Shown here in pieces: positions 37,674 through 48,010 of a stretch of DNA of 64,000 nt. This DNA comes from Nitrososphaerota archaeon (GTDB lineage: Archaea; Thermoproteota; Nitrososphaeria_A; Caldarchaeales; Calditenuaceae), in NCBI GenBank assembly GCA_038845265.1, contig JAWBQR010000006.1, positions 32,001 through 96,000 on the forward strand, read 5' to 3'. Numbering within the stretch: the stretch's first letter is position 1; every line of letters starts with the position of its first letter. Below the pieces are notes generated by a model. It ran no database searches and was not told where the DNA came from. It saw only the letters and a list, made by a program, of their open reading frames with translations. Position numbers and translations under genes: made by a program.

Positions 37674-38918
37674 TTGGAATCATCAGTCATGCTCGATCCA
37701 AGAATCATTAAGAATGATTTTCCTATTTTACAAAGAGTTATAGATGGAAAGCGCTTAATATATCTAGATAATGCGGCAACTACTCAGAAGCCAATGCAAG
37801 TTATTAACGCGATAAAACAATATTATGAAAATTTCAATGCAAATGTTCATCGTGGCGTTTATGAGTTATCTATTGAATCAACGGAAATTTACGAGAATGC
37901 AAGAAAGACCGTGGCTAATTTTATAGGAGCCAAAAACTGGAGAGAAATTATATTCACAAGAAACACTACGGAGGGAATAAATTTAGTGGCGTATGCATAC
38001 GGTCTTCACAATTTAAAGGACGGAGACAAGATAGTACTTACAGAGATGGAACATCATAGCAACATAGTGCCCTGGCAGATAATTTCCAGTGTTAAGAAGG
38101 CAAAAATACTACACTTACCAGTCACGAACGATGGATACTTAATGACTGATATTTTAGATAAATATCTCAAGGACGCCAAAATTTTTGCTTTAACTCATGC
38201 TTCAAACGTTTTAGGAACGATTAATCCGGTGAAGGAATTGATAAAAGTTGCAAAAGAATATGGAGCGACGACGATCATTGACGGTGCTCAGAGCGTTCCA
38301 CATTTTCCTGTAAACGTGAGTGATATCGGTGCGGATTTTTATGCATTCTCGGGACACAAGATGCTGGGCCCGTTGGGAGTAGGGGTCCTATACGCCAACC
38401 GAAAGATGTTGGAGGAGATGAATCCATTTTTAGGAGGTGGAGAAATGATAAAAGAAGTATCATTGGAAAGATCTGTGTGGAATGAGGTTCCATGGAAGTT
38501 TGAGGCTGGCACTCCTTCAGTTGCGGATGCCATAGGGCTGGCAGAGGCTGTAAAATACTTGAATAAGATAGGGATGGATAATGTTAGGAAACACGAATTG
38601 GAGCTCACATCATATGCTTATCAATCATTGGTCAAGTTGCCAAAAATAAGACTGTTGGGCCCTATAAACAAAAACGATAGAACAGGATTGATTTCATTTA
38701 CGCTGGCCGATATTCACCCCCACGACTTAGCCGAGTTTCTAGACAAAAAATACGGCATAGCTATTAGGGCAGGGCACCATTGCGCAATGCCAATTCATAC
38801 AAAATTTGGACTAATTGCGTCTGCAAGGATTAGCTTCTACATATACAACACAATTGAAGAAATAGATGTATTAGTTAACGGTCTGCGAGATGCCTTAAGA
38901 GTATTTAAAACTATATAA
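37674..38918 (+). CDS. sufS: Cysteine desulfurase, SufS type
   Basis: YLDNAATTQKP, NVHRG, EHHSN, DGAQ, SGHKM (PLP Lys), RAGHHCA. Confidence 0.95.
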   Translation: MESSVMLDPRIIKNDFPILQRVIDGKRLIYLDNAATTQKPMQVINAIKQYYENFNANVHRGVYELSIESTEIYENARKTVANFIGAKNWREIIFTRNTTEGINLVAYAYGLHNLKDGDKIVLTEMEHHSNIVPWQIISSVKKAKILHLPVTNDGYLMTDILDKYLKDAKIFALTHASNVLGTINPVKELIKVAKEYGATTIIDGAQSVPHFPVNVSDIGADFYAFSGHKMLGPLGVGVLYANRKMLEEMNPFLGGGEMIKEVSLERSVWNEVPWKFEAGTPSVADAIGLAEAVKYLNKIGMDNVRKHELELTSYAYQSLVKLPKIRLLGPINKNDRTGLISFTLADIHPHDLAEFLDKKYGIAIRAGHHCAMPIHTKFGLIASARISFYIYNTIEEIDVLVNGLRDALRVFKTI

Positions 38919-38950
38919 ATTAGGCATCACCTAAATTAGGTGATGCCTAA
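38912..38950 (+). promoter_or_regulatory. TATA box followed by a perfect 31-bp palindrome (two tandem TTAGG-N5-CCTAA boxes), probable DtxR-family operator
   Basis: TATATAAA at 38912-38919; TTAGGCATCACCTAA-A-TTAGGTGATGCCTAA at 38920-38950, overlapping the regulator start codon. Confidence 0.75.
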
Positions 38951-39353
38951 CGTTACAGAATCAAGATACTTAATGATGCTAATGAGAAATATAGAGATAG
39001 GCACGCCTATTAGGACATCATTATTATCGCAGAAAGTAGGAGTAAAGCCGCCATCTGTTGTAGAAATTCTTAACCGATTAGAGAGTCATAGATTTGTAAG
39101 AAGGGTGAGGTGGGGAGAGACCGTTCTGACTCGTAAAGGAGAAAGGATCGCTAAGAATCTCCTACATAATCATAGAGTACTAGAGATTTATTTTGTGACC
39201 TTTTTAGGCATGAGTAAAGAGGTAGCCTGCAGAGAGGCATCAAGGATAGATCTTTACATAGGACAAAAAACAATTAATGCAATGTGTAAAACACTAAATC
39301 ATCCATGCAAATGTTTTCACGGAAAAGAGGTGTATCATGAAAATTGTATATGA
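38940..39353 (+). CDS. DtxR/MntR-family metal-dependent repressor
   Basis: GVKPPSVVEIL..L, LTRKG…A, HRVLE.YF, C-terminal HPCKCFHG. Confidence 0.88.
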   Translation: MMPNVTESRYLMMLMRNIEIGTPIRTSLLSQKVGVKPPSVVEILNRLESHRFVRRVRWGETVLTRKGERIAKNLLHNHRVLEIYFVTFLGMSKEVACREASRIDLYIGQKTINAMCKTLNHPCKCFHGKEVYHENCI

Positions 39354-40255
39354 AGAAGTATGTATTAATAGCTGTCTTAATCTTAATCGTTGCATTATTT
39401 TTCATCTTTATTCCTCCTAACATTAGACCTAGTTTGAGTCAACAAAACCTTGAGGGTAAGAAAGTAGTCGTTGTGACAACTGGCATACTTGCTGATGTAG
39501 TGTACAACATAGCAGGAGATCGAGTAATAATAAAGCAACTTATGACTGGAGGTGATATTCATGACTGGGAGCCTAGTGCTAAAGACATAGCTGAGGCGTC
39601 AAAGGCATCGATAGTAATTTACCTGTCGAGAAATGTGGAGAAATGGATCGATAAGTTTGAAACAGCAATCCCCGATAATGTCGAATTAATAGAGGCTGCA
39701 GAAAACGTCGAGTTCTTGACCATGGATGGTATAGTCGATCCTCATATCTGGTTTGACATAAGAAATATGATTAAAGTGACTGAGAGGGTATGCGGTGCCT
39801 TAATCAAAAATGATCCGGATAATGCTAAGTATTACTCGGAAAATGCAGAACGATTTAAGGGAAAATTAAATGAGCTTCATGAAAGATATCTTAGCGAACT
39901 GAGCAAATTTAAAGGGAGGATAATAATTACTAGGCATGATGCATATAGATATCTGGGAAATACTTATGGTCTAGTCACCATTGCTATATTAGGTGTATAT
40001 GAGGAAGAAATATCTCCGACAAAGATGCAATACCTAATTGAACTGATAAAAAAAGAAGATATTAAGGTAATTTTTAGTGAATATGAGAAGACTGAAGATT
40101 TTATAAACAATTTTGCGGCTGAGCATGGATTAAAAATAATAAAGCTATACTCATTGGAGAATATCAGTCTTGAAGATGTGGTAAAAAATGAGGGTTACAT
40201 TTTTAGGATGAGTAAAAACCTAGATGCGTTGGTAGGAGGGTTAAGCCTTGAGTGA
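39350..40255 (+). CDS. Zn/Mn ABC transporter substrate-binding protein (ZnuA/TroA family)
   Basis: DIHDWEPS, DPHIW, HDAYRYL; N-terminal hydrophobic anchor. Confidence 0.9.
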   Translation: MKKYVLIAVLILIVALFFIFIPPNIRPSLSQQNLEGKKVVVVTTGILADVVYNIAGDRVIIKQLMTGGDIHDWEPSAKDIAEASKASIVIYLSRNVEKWIDKFETAIPDNVELIEAAENVEFLTMDGIVDPHIWFDIRNMIKVTERVCGALIKNDPDNAKYYSENAERFKGKLNELHERYLSELSKFKGRIIITRHDAYRYLGNTYGLVTIAILGVYEEEISPTKMQYLIELIKKEDIKVIFSEYEKTEDFINNFAAEHGLKIIKLYSLENISLEDVVKNEGYIFRMSKNLDALVGGLSLE

Positions 40256-40976
40256 TGAAGTAGTGGCACTTAATCGGGTATGGATAAGCTACGAACCAGG
40301 CATATATGTAGTTGAAGATGCTTCATTTACTGTAAACCAGAGAGAATTCGTGGCTTTGGTAGGTCCTAATGGGGGAGGAAAAACTACTGTTTTGAAGGCC
40401 ATTCTAGGACTAATTAAGCCAGAGAAAGGTAGCATTAAGCTTTTTGGCAGGGAGATCAGAAACTTCAAGGAATGGGCATGGATAGGTTATGTACCACAAC
40501 ATGCAGAGAAAATGTATACAAATTTTCCACTGAGTGTGGAAGAGTTCCTATATTTAAAATCTCCCACCCATAAAGTGCCTCGAGAAGATGTATATAAAAT
40601 GTTGGAATTGGTAGGATTAAAGGATGTAAAATACAAAAGAGTTTCTGAACTTTCAGGCGGTCAGTTCCAGAGGTTATACATCGCGAGAGAGATTATGGCA
40701 TCTCCGAAATTATTAATTTTGGATGAACCCACGAGCTCAATTGATGCATCATTTAAGTCAGACCTTTATGATATTCTTAAAGAAATAAACGAGAACTTGA
40801 GGGCAACTATAATCATGAGTACACATGACATAGCAGCAATAAGCACATACGTGAATAGAGTTGTTTGTATAAACAAGAGAGTTATTCACATGGATAACAT
40901 AGAGGAGTTAATGAGCGGCAAGGGTTTATGTGAGCTTTACGGATATCATGTCCATGGGCTCAGACATGTTCATTGA
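40248..40976 (+). CDS. Zn/Mn ABC transporter ATPase (ZnuC-like)
   Basis: GPNGGGKT, IGYVPQ, LSGGQFQR, LILDEP, His-rich C-terminus HVHGLRHVH. Confidence 0.92.
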   Translation: MSDEVVALNRVWISYEPGIYVVEDASFTVNQREFVALVGPNGGGKTTVLKAILGLIKPEKGSIKLFGREIRNFKEWAWIGYVPQHAEKMYTNFPLSVEEFLYLKSPTHKVPREDVYKMLELVGLKDVKYKRVSELSGGQFQRLYIAREIMASPKLLILDEPTSSIDASFKSDLYDILKEINENLRATIIMSTHDIAAISTYVNRVVCINKRVIHMDNIEELMSGKGLCELYGYHVHGLRHVH

Positions 40977-41788
40977 TGCCTATGATTGAGCCGCTCCTTC
41001 ATCCATTCATGCAACGTGCAATAATAGCAGGAATACTAATCGCCATAATTTGTCCACTTTTAGGGGTATTTCTAGTTATTAAGCGCTTGACAATGATTGG
41101 CGATACCGTGGCACATATTGCATTGACTGGACTAGCCTTTGCTTCCTTATTGGGACTTCTCAAAAATATCTACCTAACATATTTGATAACTCTGCCTGGA
41201 ACAATTCTCATCTTTAAACTTACTAAAAGTGTTAGACTAAGTGGTGAGCAATCCTTAGCCATTATTTTATCTGCTTTCGCGGCACTAACTTCTATCATAG
41301 TTTCACTCGGTGGTAAATTAAATTTTGAGGCCGTTCTTTTCGGAAGCATTCTCTTTCTCAGCTGGGACGATGTTTACTTACTAGCAATCATGACGGTGGG
41401 GATATCCTTGATACTCATGATTAGGCTCAAGAGTTTTCTTCTCTTTGTGTTTGACGAAGAGTCTTTCCGTCTCACGGGACAAAAAAATGAGATTTATGAA
41501 CTGACTTTAAGCATTTGTTCATCGCTCATAATTGTCGCTTCTCTTACTTTAATGGGAGTATTGTTAGTCGCGGCAATGATATCAATACCAGTCCTTTCAT
41601 CGATGCAGATAGCTAGAAGCTTTAGTAAGACACTTCTCACTTCAATAATAATATCTGAGCTTGCAGTACTAATCGGGATATTTGGTTCTTATTATACGGG
41701 ATTGGCTCCAGGAGGATTAATTGTAATTCTATTAATACTTGCATTCACTTCCTCGATAATCCTTGGAAAGGCCGGATTAAAGATCTAA
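40973..41788 (+). CDS. Zn/Mn ABC transporter permease (ZnuB-like)
   Basis: FMQRA, GDTVAHIAL.G, LFGSIL, GVLLV.A, APGG.IV. Confidence 0.92.
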   Translation: MMPMIEPLLHPFMQRAIIAGILIAIICPLLGVFLVIKRLTMIGDTVAHIALTGLAFASLLGLLKNIYLTYLITLPGTILIFKLTKSVRLSGEQSLAIILSAFAALTSIIVSLGGKLNFEAVLFGSILFLSWDDVYLLAIMTVGISLILMIRLKSFLLFVFDEESFRLTGQKNEIYELTLSICSSLIIVASLTLMGVLLVAAMISIPVLSSMQIARSFSKTLLTSIIISELAVLIGIFGSYYTGLAPGGLIVILLILAFTSSIILGKAGLKI

Positions 41789-42309
41789 ATATCGACAGTA
41801 AAAGTAGTAGTCGTAGAGTTTAGATTGATGTCTGTAAGAAGCCATAGTTTTTTGAAGTAATTATTGAAAAAGTCAGCTCTCGCATCCTCACTTACTCCCA
41901 CTACTACATCATAAAATCCATAGACCTCATATGCTTCTAAGACAGCATCTATGTTACTTAGGAATTTATCCCAGAGTTTAGGCGCCGCAGGACGTCTAAT
42001 CTTGATAAATGTATATGCGCACTTTCTCTTTTTATGAGTCTCAGGTTTCTCGAGATTTAATCCCGAATTATTAACTATCAAGGTATTTGAATCTACTATG
42101 CCGTTTTGAAATAGATTATCTAAAACTACATTAATCTGTTCAAGTTTCTCGACTTCTACTTTACAAATCAAGTCATATGCTCCATAAATTAGATAGGCTT
42201 CCCTGACAAATTGGATTTTTCTACTAGCCTCTAGGCAGCTGACGAGTTCGCTTCTACTGCCAACAATTCCTAGAACATATGCCTTAATCACGATTTTAGC
42301 ATTAGTCAC
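41785..42309 (-). CDS. Tandem Lrp/AsnC ligand-binding (RAM) domain protein without HTH
   Basis: Two repeats: AYVL…EAYLIYGAYDLI and AYTF…EAYEVYGFYDVV. Confidence 0.75.
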   Translation of the reverse strand: MTNAKIVIKAYVLGIVGSRSELVSCLEASRKIQFVREAYLIYGAYDLICKVEVEKLEQINVVLDNLFQNGIVDSNTLIVNNSGLNLEKPETHKKRKCAYTFIKIRRPAAPKLWDKFLSNIDAVLEAYEVYGFYDVVVGVSEDARADFFNNYFKKLWLLTDINLNSTTTTFTVDI

Positions 42310-42325
42310 TTTGATATAAAGCTAT

Positions 42326-42697
42326 TTACTCTTTACAAATATCGCACTCTTCATCTAAGTCAGGTTCAAGGCATTTATGGGCCGTACATAATAGCCCCTC
42401 TTTTCTCATTCTTGCCAATGTTTCATAAAGCTTCTTTCTAACTACTTTGGGGCTTTCGTTATTAATGATTAGCTTAACTATTTCTTCAACAGCGTAATCT
42501 AGAAATTCACTATTCTCAAGAATTTTAGTCCTTGCTCTCATGTGGCGCAAATAGTTACTTACTGCAGCCTGAGTTATGCCGAGCGCCTTTGCTGTTTTCT
42601 CCTGGGTAAAGCCATATTTCTTTACGAGTCTCTGTACAATTAGTGCCCTTATTAATGGTAAGGCTATTCTCGCCTCGATTTCTTGTGGAAGCAGCAT
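42326..42697 (-). CDS. Stand-alone XRE-type HTH regulator (ThiR N-terminal-like)
   Basis: PQEIE…LP.IRA…TQEKTAKALGITQAAVSNYL…LCTAH…CDIC. Confidence 0.8.
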   Translation of the reverse strand: MLLPQEIEARIALPLIRALIVQRLVKKYGFTQEKTAKALGITQAAVSNYLRHMRARTKILENSEFLDYAVEEIVKLIINNESPKVVRKKLYETLARMRKEGLLCTAHKCLEPDLDEECDICKE

Positions 42698-42748
42698 GAA
42701 TCCAGTTTTAATAATGTTTAAGATATATTTAAGCTATATATCGCTACA

Positions 42749-43603
42749 CTATTTCTTCACTACAATATCCTTCCCTAGTTTCTTCAACTGGTTAATTATC
42801 TCTGATCGATACGTGCCTGGAACTCCCTTCCAATCAATGACTGCAATATTTGTCTTCTCTAATGTTTTGTCAAATGCCTCTGATAAAATGTTTATTCCGT
42901 GTGGGAATGCATATTTTGGCATCATGTGTCCAAAATCGAATTGATTGTCAAGCGTAAGTTTAGTAAAGAGGGGTGCGTAATGATTTCCACCTATGCCGAC
43001 AGCTGGTCTATTCGACGGGACTGCATTTACAGCCGAAATGCAGGCCTCTGCCACGGCTATCGACGCTTCTCTGCAGGTCAATGCAGAGGGAGGTCCGCCG
43101 AACTCTACGAATATCAATGGAACTGGAGAGTAGGGACCATGGTGCGTGACTTCGAGACTGACTAGCCAGTCTCTTAGTACCACCATCTCGGTCGCTTTTT
43201 CGTAAAGTTTTCTGAAAGCAGAACCTACAGCTCCTGCCATTGTGTATGATAGTTTGTATGGTTCTCCGCCAAGCTTAGCATCTGGGCCCCAATTACCGGT
43301 TGAGTGTACGTGAAGACTTTTAATTCCCATCTCTGACCTATGACTTGAGGCGATTATTATTAATGATGTTTTGAGATTTTCTATTTCATCTATATGCATG
43401 TAGACATGTTGTGTAGATGTAGTGATTCCTAGGGTTGTTCCGTTGGTTATAATTGGTTCTCTATTCTTTTCTCCACATGTTTCTCTCCAATTAAAATTTT
43501 CTAGCAGCGTTTGTCTGACTAGCATTGACGCGACGTCCTGCTTAGAGAAGAGTATGATTGGACTTAGCTCCTGAGCTGCATGCTCTGTATTTCTTGAATT
43601 CAT
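42749..43603 (-). CDS. dtdA: D-aminoacyl-tRNA deacylase (archaeal DTD2)
   Basis: SSHRS, LHVHSTGNW, LEVTHHGP, FVEFG, GIGGNHYAP, GHMMPKY, IDWKG. Confidence 0.92.
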   Translation of the reverse strand: MNSRNTEHAAQELSPIILFSKQDVASMLVRQTLLENFNWRETCGEKNREPIITNGTTLGITTSTQHVYMHIDEIENLKTSLIIIASSHRSEMGIKSLHVHSTGNWGPDAKLGGEPYKLSYTMAGAVGSAFRKLYEKATEMVVLRDWLVSLEVTHHGPYSPVPLIFVEFGGPPSALTCREASIAVAEACISAVNAVPSNRPAVGIGGNHYAPLFTKLTLDNQFDFGHMMPKYAFPHGINILSEAFDKTLEKTNIAVIDWKGVPGTYRSEIINQLKKLGKDIVVKK

Positions 43604-43673
43604 CCCTAAGTCAATTATTCCATTTTGTTACCTTATAATAAGTGTGAAAAATGATATATAGGGAGGCTGTCAA

Positions 43674-45272
43674 TTGAATCGGATAGTAGATATGACTATA
43701 ACAGCTGAGCTTGTGGAAAAGAAGACGGCAAAGAAGTTAATTACGAAGACTAGGAGTATCTGTCCAGAATGCAATGCTATCCTGCCTGCAGAAATTTTTG
43801 AAGACAATAATAAGATCTACATAAGGAAAAATTGTCCAAAGCACGGTGAGTTTGAGGAGCTTTACTTCGGAGACGCTTCGATTTATCATAAGTTTGCTAA
43901 GTGGCTTCGGGATGGAAAAGGCACCGGGAATCCTAATGTAGAGGTGCCGCGAGTGGCTTGCCCCGCGAACTGCGGACTTTGCAGCGAGCATCTAAGCCAC
44001 ACCGCGCTGGCCAACATAGTCGTGACGAACCGTTGTGATCTTCACTGCTGGTACTGCTTCTTCTACGCAGATAAGTCAGGATATGTCTACGAGCCGACCC
44101 TTGAGCAGATAAAAGAGATGGTTCTAAACTTAAGGGCTGAGAGACCTATTCCCGGCAACTCGGTACAAATAACAGGCGGAGAGCCGACACTGAGAGACGA
44201 TCTACCAGAAATCATCAAAATAATCAAGAGTGTAGGAATAGACCACATACAGCTAAACACAAATGGTATAAGGCTATCCAGAGATTTTGAATATTTCAAG
44301 AAATTGAAAGAAGCTGGTGTCAGCAATCTCTACATGAGTTTTGACGGAATCACCCCTAGGACAAATCCGAAAAATCACTGGGAGGTTCCAGCAGTTCTCG
44401 AGAATGCTCGTAGATTAGGTGTAGGTATCGTACTTGTTCCTACAATAATCAAGGGAATTAATGACCACGAGTTGGGCGATATAATTAGGTTTGGCTTTTC
44501 TAACATAGATATAATTCGAGCAGTAAACTTTCAGCCAGTATCTCTTACAGGGAGAATGCCGAAGAAAGAACGGGAAAAGTACAGAATTACTATTCCAGAT
44601 TGTATAGTAAAGATTGAAGAGCAGACTGATGGTATGATTCCGAGAGATGCCTGGTTTCCAGTTCCTGCTTGCATCCCGTTAACAGACTTTATCGAGATGC
44701 TGACCGGAAAACCGACATACATGCTCAGCACCCATTTCGCTTGCGGTGCAGGGACATATGTATTCAAGGACGGGGATAAGATTAAGCCATTAACCGAATT
44801 TGTTGATGTTGAAGGATTAATAAAATATCTCCAAGACAAGGCAGAAGAAATAGAGATGGGTAGGAATAAGTATTGGGTTGGATTGAAAGTTTTAGCAAAC
44901 ATCGGAAAATTCATTAATAGCAAAAAGGAGCCCCAAGGCCTAAATTTAAAGAGAATGATCTTTGACATAATAGTGAAGCATGACTACAAGAGCGTGGGTG
45001 ATTGGCATAGACGCAGCCTATTCCTCGGTATGATGCATTTCCAAGACAAATACAATTACGATATTGAAAGAGTATGGAGATGCGAAATACACTACTTAAC
45101 GCCTGACAAAAGAATTATTCCGTTCTGCGCATTTAATGTTCTTCCTGAATGGTATCGGGATCGGCTCCAAGCACAGTATGGCATACCGATAGAAGAATGG
45201 GAGAAAAAGACCGGCAGAAAATTATCAGATGATTTCTATAAAAGAAGACTATTAATAAGTACTACTGGCTAA
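43674..45272 (+). CDS. tes: Tetraether lipid synthase (radical SAM, Tes/GDGT-MAS)
   Basis: N-terminal TRSICPEC…CPKHG and CPANCGLCSEH, CDLHCWYC radical-SAM motif, QITGGEPT, HFACG, C-terminal CEIHY…IIPFC. Confidence 0.88.
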   Translation: MNRIVDMTITAELVEKKTAKKLITKTRSICPECNAILPAEIFEDNNKIYIRKNCPKHGEFEELYFGDASIYHKFAKWLRDGKGTGNPNVEVPRVACPANCGLCSEHLSHTALANIVVTNRCDLHCWYCFFYADKSGYVYEPTLEQIKEMVLNLRAERPIPGNSVQITGGEPTLRDDLPEIIKIIKSVGIDHIQLNTNGIRLSRDFEYFKKLKEAGVSNLYMSFDGITPRTNPKNHWEVPAVLENARRLGVGIVLVPTIIKGINDHELGDIIRFGFSNIDIIRAVNFQPVSLTGRMPKKEREKYRITIPDCIVKIEEQTDGMIPRDAWFPVPACIPLTDFIEMLTGKPTYMLSTHFACGAGTYVFKDGDKIKPLTEFVDVEGLIKYLQDKAEEIEMGRNKYWVGLKVLANIGKFINSKKEPQGLNLKRMIFDIIVKHDYKSVGDWHRRSLFLGMMHFQDKYNYDIERVWRCEIHYLTPDKRIIPFCAFNVLPEWYRDRLQAQYGIPIEEWEKKTGRKLSDDFYKRRLLISTTG

Positions 45273-45303
45273 ATTCATAATGGTTTTCTAGGAAAAAGTT
45301 GTA

Positions 45304-46629
45304 TTATGATCTATTCAGGATTTTCTTAATTTTTTCATGAATAATCGGTGCGATCTCTGCCACTTCTTTTAGAATGGTTTCCTCTTCCAGCGTCATGACT
45401 ACTTTGTTCTTCATAAGTAATTTTCCATCAACAATTAAGTCGGAGACATCCTCTCCAGACGCAAATAAAGGTAGGGTAAATGGGTCATGAAGAGGTGTTA
45501 AATGTGGTTTGCGAATGTCAATGATTGTTAAGTCAGCTAGATACCCCTCCTTTATGGTACCTGCATTTTGAATCATGAGTGCCATGGCGCCATTTCTCGT
45601 GGCCATCAGTAAAGCATCTCTAGGCGAGATTACACTATGATCTAAAAATGGCGATCCATAGTATCCCGACATACCAGCAATCATTACATTCATCTCCGTG
45701 AATAGATCCAATCCCCGGTAGCTTCCTCCATCACTTCCAAGAGCAACCTTCACTCCCTTAGCTAATAGTTCTGGTACTCTTGGGAAATTCATGTACATCA
45801 TATTTATTGTTGGACAGTGAACGATTTTGGCATCGGCTCTACTCATCATATCTAATTCTCCGCGGCTTAGGAAGGCGCAATGGGCGGCAAGGACACGATT
45901 ACTCAGGTATCCTTGATTATATAAAAATTCTACTGGTCTTTTTCCCCATCTAGACAATGAGTGCTGAATCTCTGCTGCTTCTTCACTCAAGTGCATATGA
46001 ATCCCAACTGAATCCTCCTCAGCATACCTGAATGTTTTCTCAATTAATTCCTCTGTAGAAGTCATTAATTGTCTAATGGAATACCATCCTCTCACCCTTC
46101 CATCCCTGTACTTTAAGACTAATTCTCTGTTTAACTCAGCGGTCCTAATATAAGACGATACCCCTGTATCCATCGTTGAATGAGTAATCGTGGCTCTAAG
46201 TCCAGCTTCATTTACAGTCTCAGCTAATATCTCTGGAAATGGTCCCCCAGCGTCAGAAAAAGCAGTGATTCCTTTTTTTATCATGTTGAGACAGGCTAGT
46301 CTCGCGCTGATTTTTGCTTCTTCCTTGCTCATCTCTGCTTCAAATGGTATTAATACTTTTAGCCATATTGGGTGTCGCTGTAGTTCGCTCATCGTTAGCG
46401 CTCCTCTCAAGAGGATTTGAAATACATGTGTATGTGCATCTACGAGTCCTGGTAAAGCAATTTTTCCTTTTCCATCAACTATTTCTCCAGAATCAATCTT
46501 TAGATCTTTTCCAATTTTAGATATAACTCCATCTTTTATTGCAATGTCTATGTTTTTAAGTATTCCTAATTCTTCATCTGGTACGAGGGCGGTAATGTTC
46601 TTAATTAGAATATCTGCTTCTTGCCTCAT
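45304..46629 (-). CDS. Amidohydrolase, MTA/SAH/purine deaminase family
   Basis: VDAHTH, HMHLSE, AAHC, LGSDG; ATG at 46629 overlaps the upstream stop. Confidence 0.85.
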   Translation of the reverse strand: MRQEADILIKNITALVPDEELGILKNIDIAIKDGVISKIGKDLKIDSGEIVDGKGKIALPGLVDAHTHVFQILLRGALTMSELQRHPIWLKVLIPFEAEMSKEEAKISARLACLNMIKKGITAFSDAGGPFPEILAETVNEAGLRATITHSTMDTGVSSYIRTAELNRELVLKYRDGRVRGWYSIRQLMTSTEELIEKTFRYAEEDSVGIHMHLSEEAAEIQHSLSRWGKRPVEFLYNQGYLSNRVLAAHCAFLSRGELDMMSRADAKIVHCPTINMMYMNFPRVPELLAKGVKVALGSDGGSYRGLDLFTEMNVMIAGMSGYYGSPFLDHSVISPRDALLMATRNGAMALMIQNAGTIKEGYLADLTIIDIRKPHLTPLHDPFTLPLFASGEDVSDLIVDGKLLMKNKVVMTLEEETILKEVAEIAPIIHEKIKKILNRS

Positions 46630-47909
46630 GTTTGTCCGATGTATTCGACTATCCAATCCATGTTCATAAGCATGTTTCTATCGGCTCTTCCTCCTTTTGG
46701 TATTCTTATCTCGCCGTTCTGATCCCTTATTGGCTCGTCTAGATTTCCCTCACTGCTAAATGGTTCGAATATCCCTTCCTTCATTTCTTCGTATCTCTTC
46801 TTGATTAGATATTGCCACTCGTCTGGTACAGCTGGATTAATAGGGGCCATATATACTGGCCCCTCTGGTTTTCCTAACGTGCTTTGCTCCGGAGCCTTTG
46901 CCCACCTAGAGGGTAGATAATCCCCTAATCTTGCCCATATATCGACTGATTCCCACGTATTAGTGGCTATTGCCTTGTAAAACTCTAAGTATATCACTCC
47001 CCAATTAACTATGTGTCCAGACAGATGTGAATTCGGCCCGTATTCGTACATGTTTGTATAGTGGCTAAAGCCCCACGTCCTTCTTCCTCTCTTGGTTGTG
47101 TATTCTTCAGCTACTTGCAATACTGTTGGCGAATCCTCCGTAGAACTAATTACGTCTGCATCAATAAGATCTATTAATGATATTGCTGCGTCCCTAGCTT
47201 TAGTTGGGTCAAACCATGTAAGAAGCCAGACTACCTGTATCTTGATGTCTTTCCCTGTTCTTTTCTTATAGGCATAGTGTGCTCCTAATGCAAAGGCATT
47301 CACAAGCCTTGTTATCACTGGTACGGGATAAGTAGCTACTATTCCTACTGCACCGGTCTTAGTTACGCTACCTGCGGCAAGCCCCTCAAGGTAATATATT
47401 TGGTATGTGTTTATGTCTGCCACAGACATATTGTCTGGAGCGTTTCCAAGTACCCCGGCCCTGAAGCCATTAATATGCAGGAAGTATTTATCAGGATACT
47501 GTGAAGCGAGTTCAGCCATTGAATCCATATAGCCAAAACTTGTACCGATAACTAAATCTACTCCTTCGCCCTCGATTAGTCCCCTCATTGCGCTTTTAAC
47601 GTCTGCATCACTGACCCCCTCTATGTATGTGCTTTTTACGGATGGCATTCTACTATCGGCCCATTGCCTTCCCTGGTCGTGAGAGTATGACCATCCATAA
47701 TCTTTGGCAGGACCAATGTAGACGTATCCTGCTTTAACCACTTTCTGCTTCTCAACAGTTACTGTTTTTTCAATAGTAGTCGTCTTTTCTCCCCCTGTAG
47801 CTAGATAAGTCCCTGCCACTCCTACTAATGCTCCTCCAAGCACACCTGCAATAGCGGCATTCCTAACTGATCCAAGAAACTTTCTCCTAGTAGGATTTCG
47901 AATAGCCAT
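46626..47909 (-). CDS. BMP-family (purine nucleoside) substrate-binding protein with Tat signal
   Basis: TRRKFL twin-arginine motif; YIGP..DYGWSYSHDQGR, TSFGYMD, NAFALGA, WFDP. Confidence 0.9.
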   Translation of the reverse strand: MAIRNPTRRKFLGSVRNAAIAGVLGGALVGVAGTYLATGGEKTTTIEKTVTVEKQKVVKAGYVYIGPAKDYGWSYSHDQGRQWADSRMPSVKSTYIEGVSDADVKSAMRGLIEGEGVDLVIGTSFGYMDSMAELASQYPDKYFLHINGFRAGVLGNAPDNMSVADINTYQIYYLEGLAAGSVTKTGAVGIVATYPVPVITRLVNAFALGAHYAYKKRTGKDIKIQVVWLLTWFDPTKARDAAISLIDLIDADVISSTEDSPTVLQVAEEYTTKRGRRTWGFSHYTNMYEYGPNSHLSGHIVNWGVIYLEFYKAIATNTWESVDIWARLGDYLPSRWAKAPEQSTLGKPEGPVYMAPINPAVPDEWQYLIKKRYEEMKEGIFEPFSSEGNLDEPIRDQNGEIRIPKGGRADRNMLMNMDWIVEYIGQT

Positions 47910-48010
47910 ATAAATATTCCAGAAGCGCCGCTATAAAATTTGAGCTTTCAAAAATATGTAAATTTTCATTGAAAGGGCCAGATATAATTATAAATCGAAT
48001 TATGCCTTAC

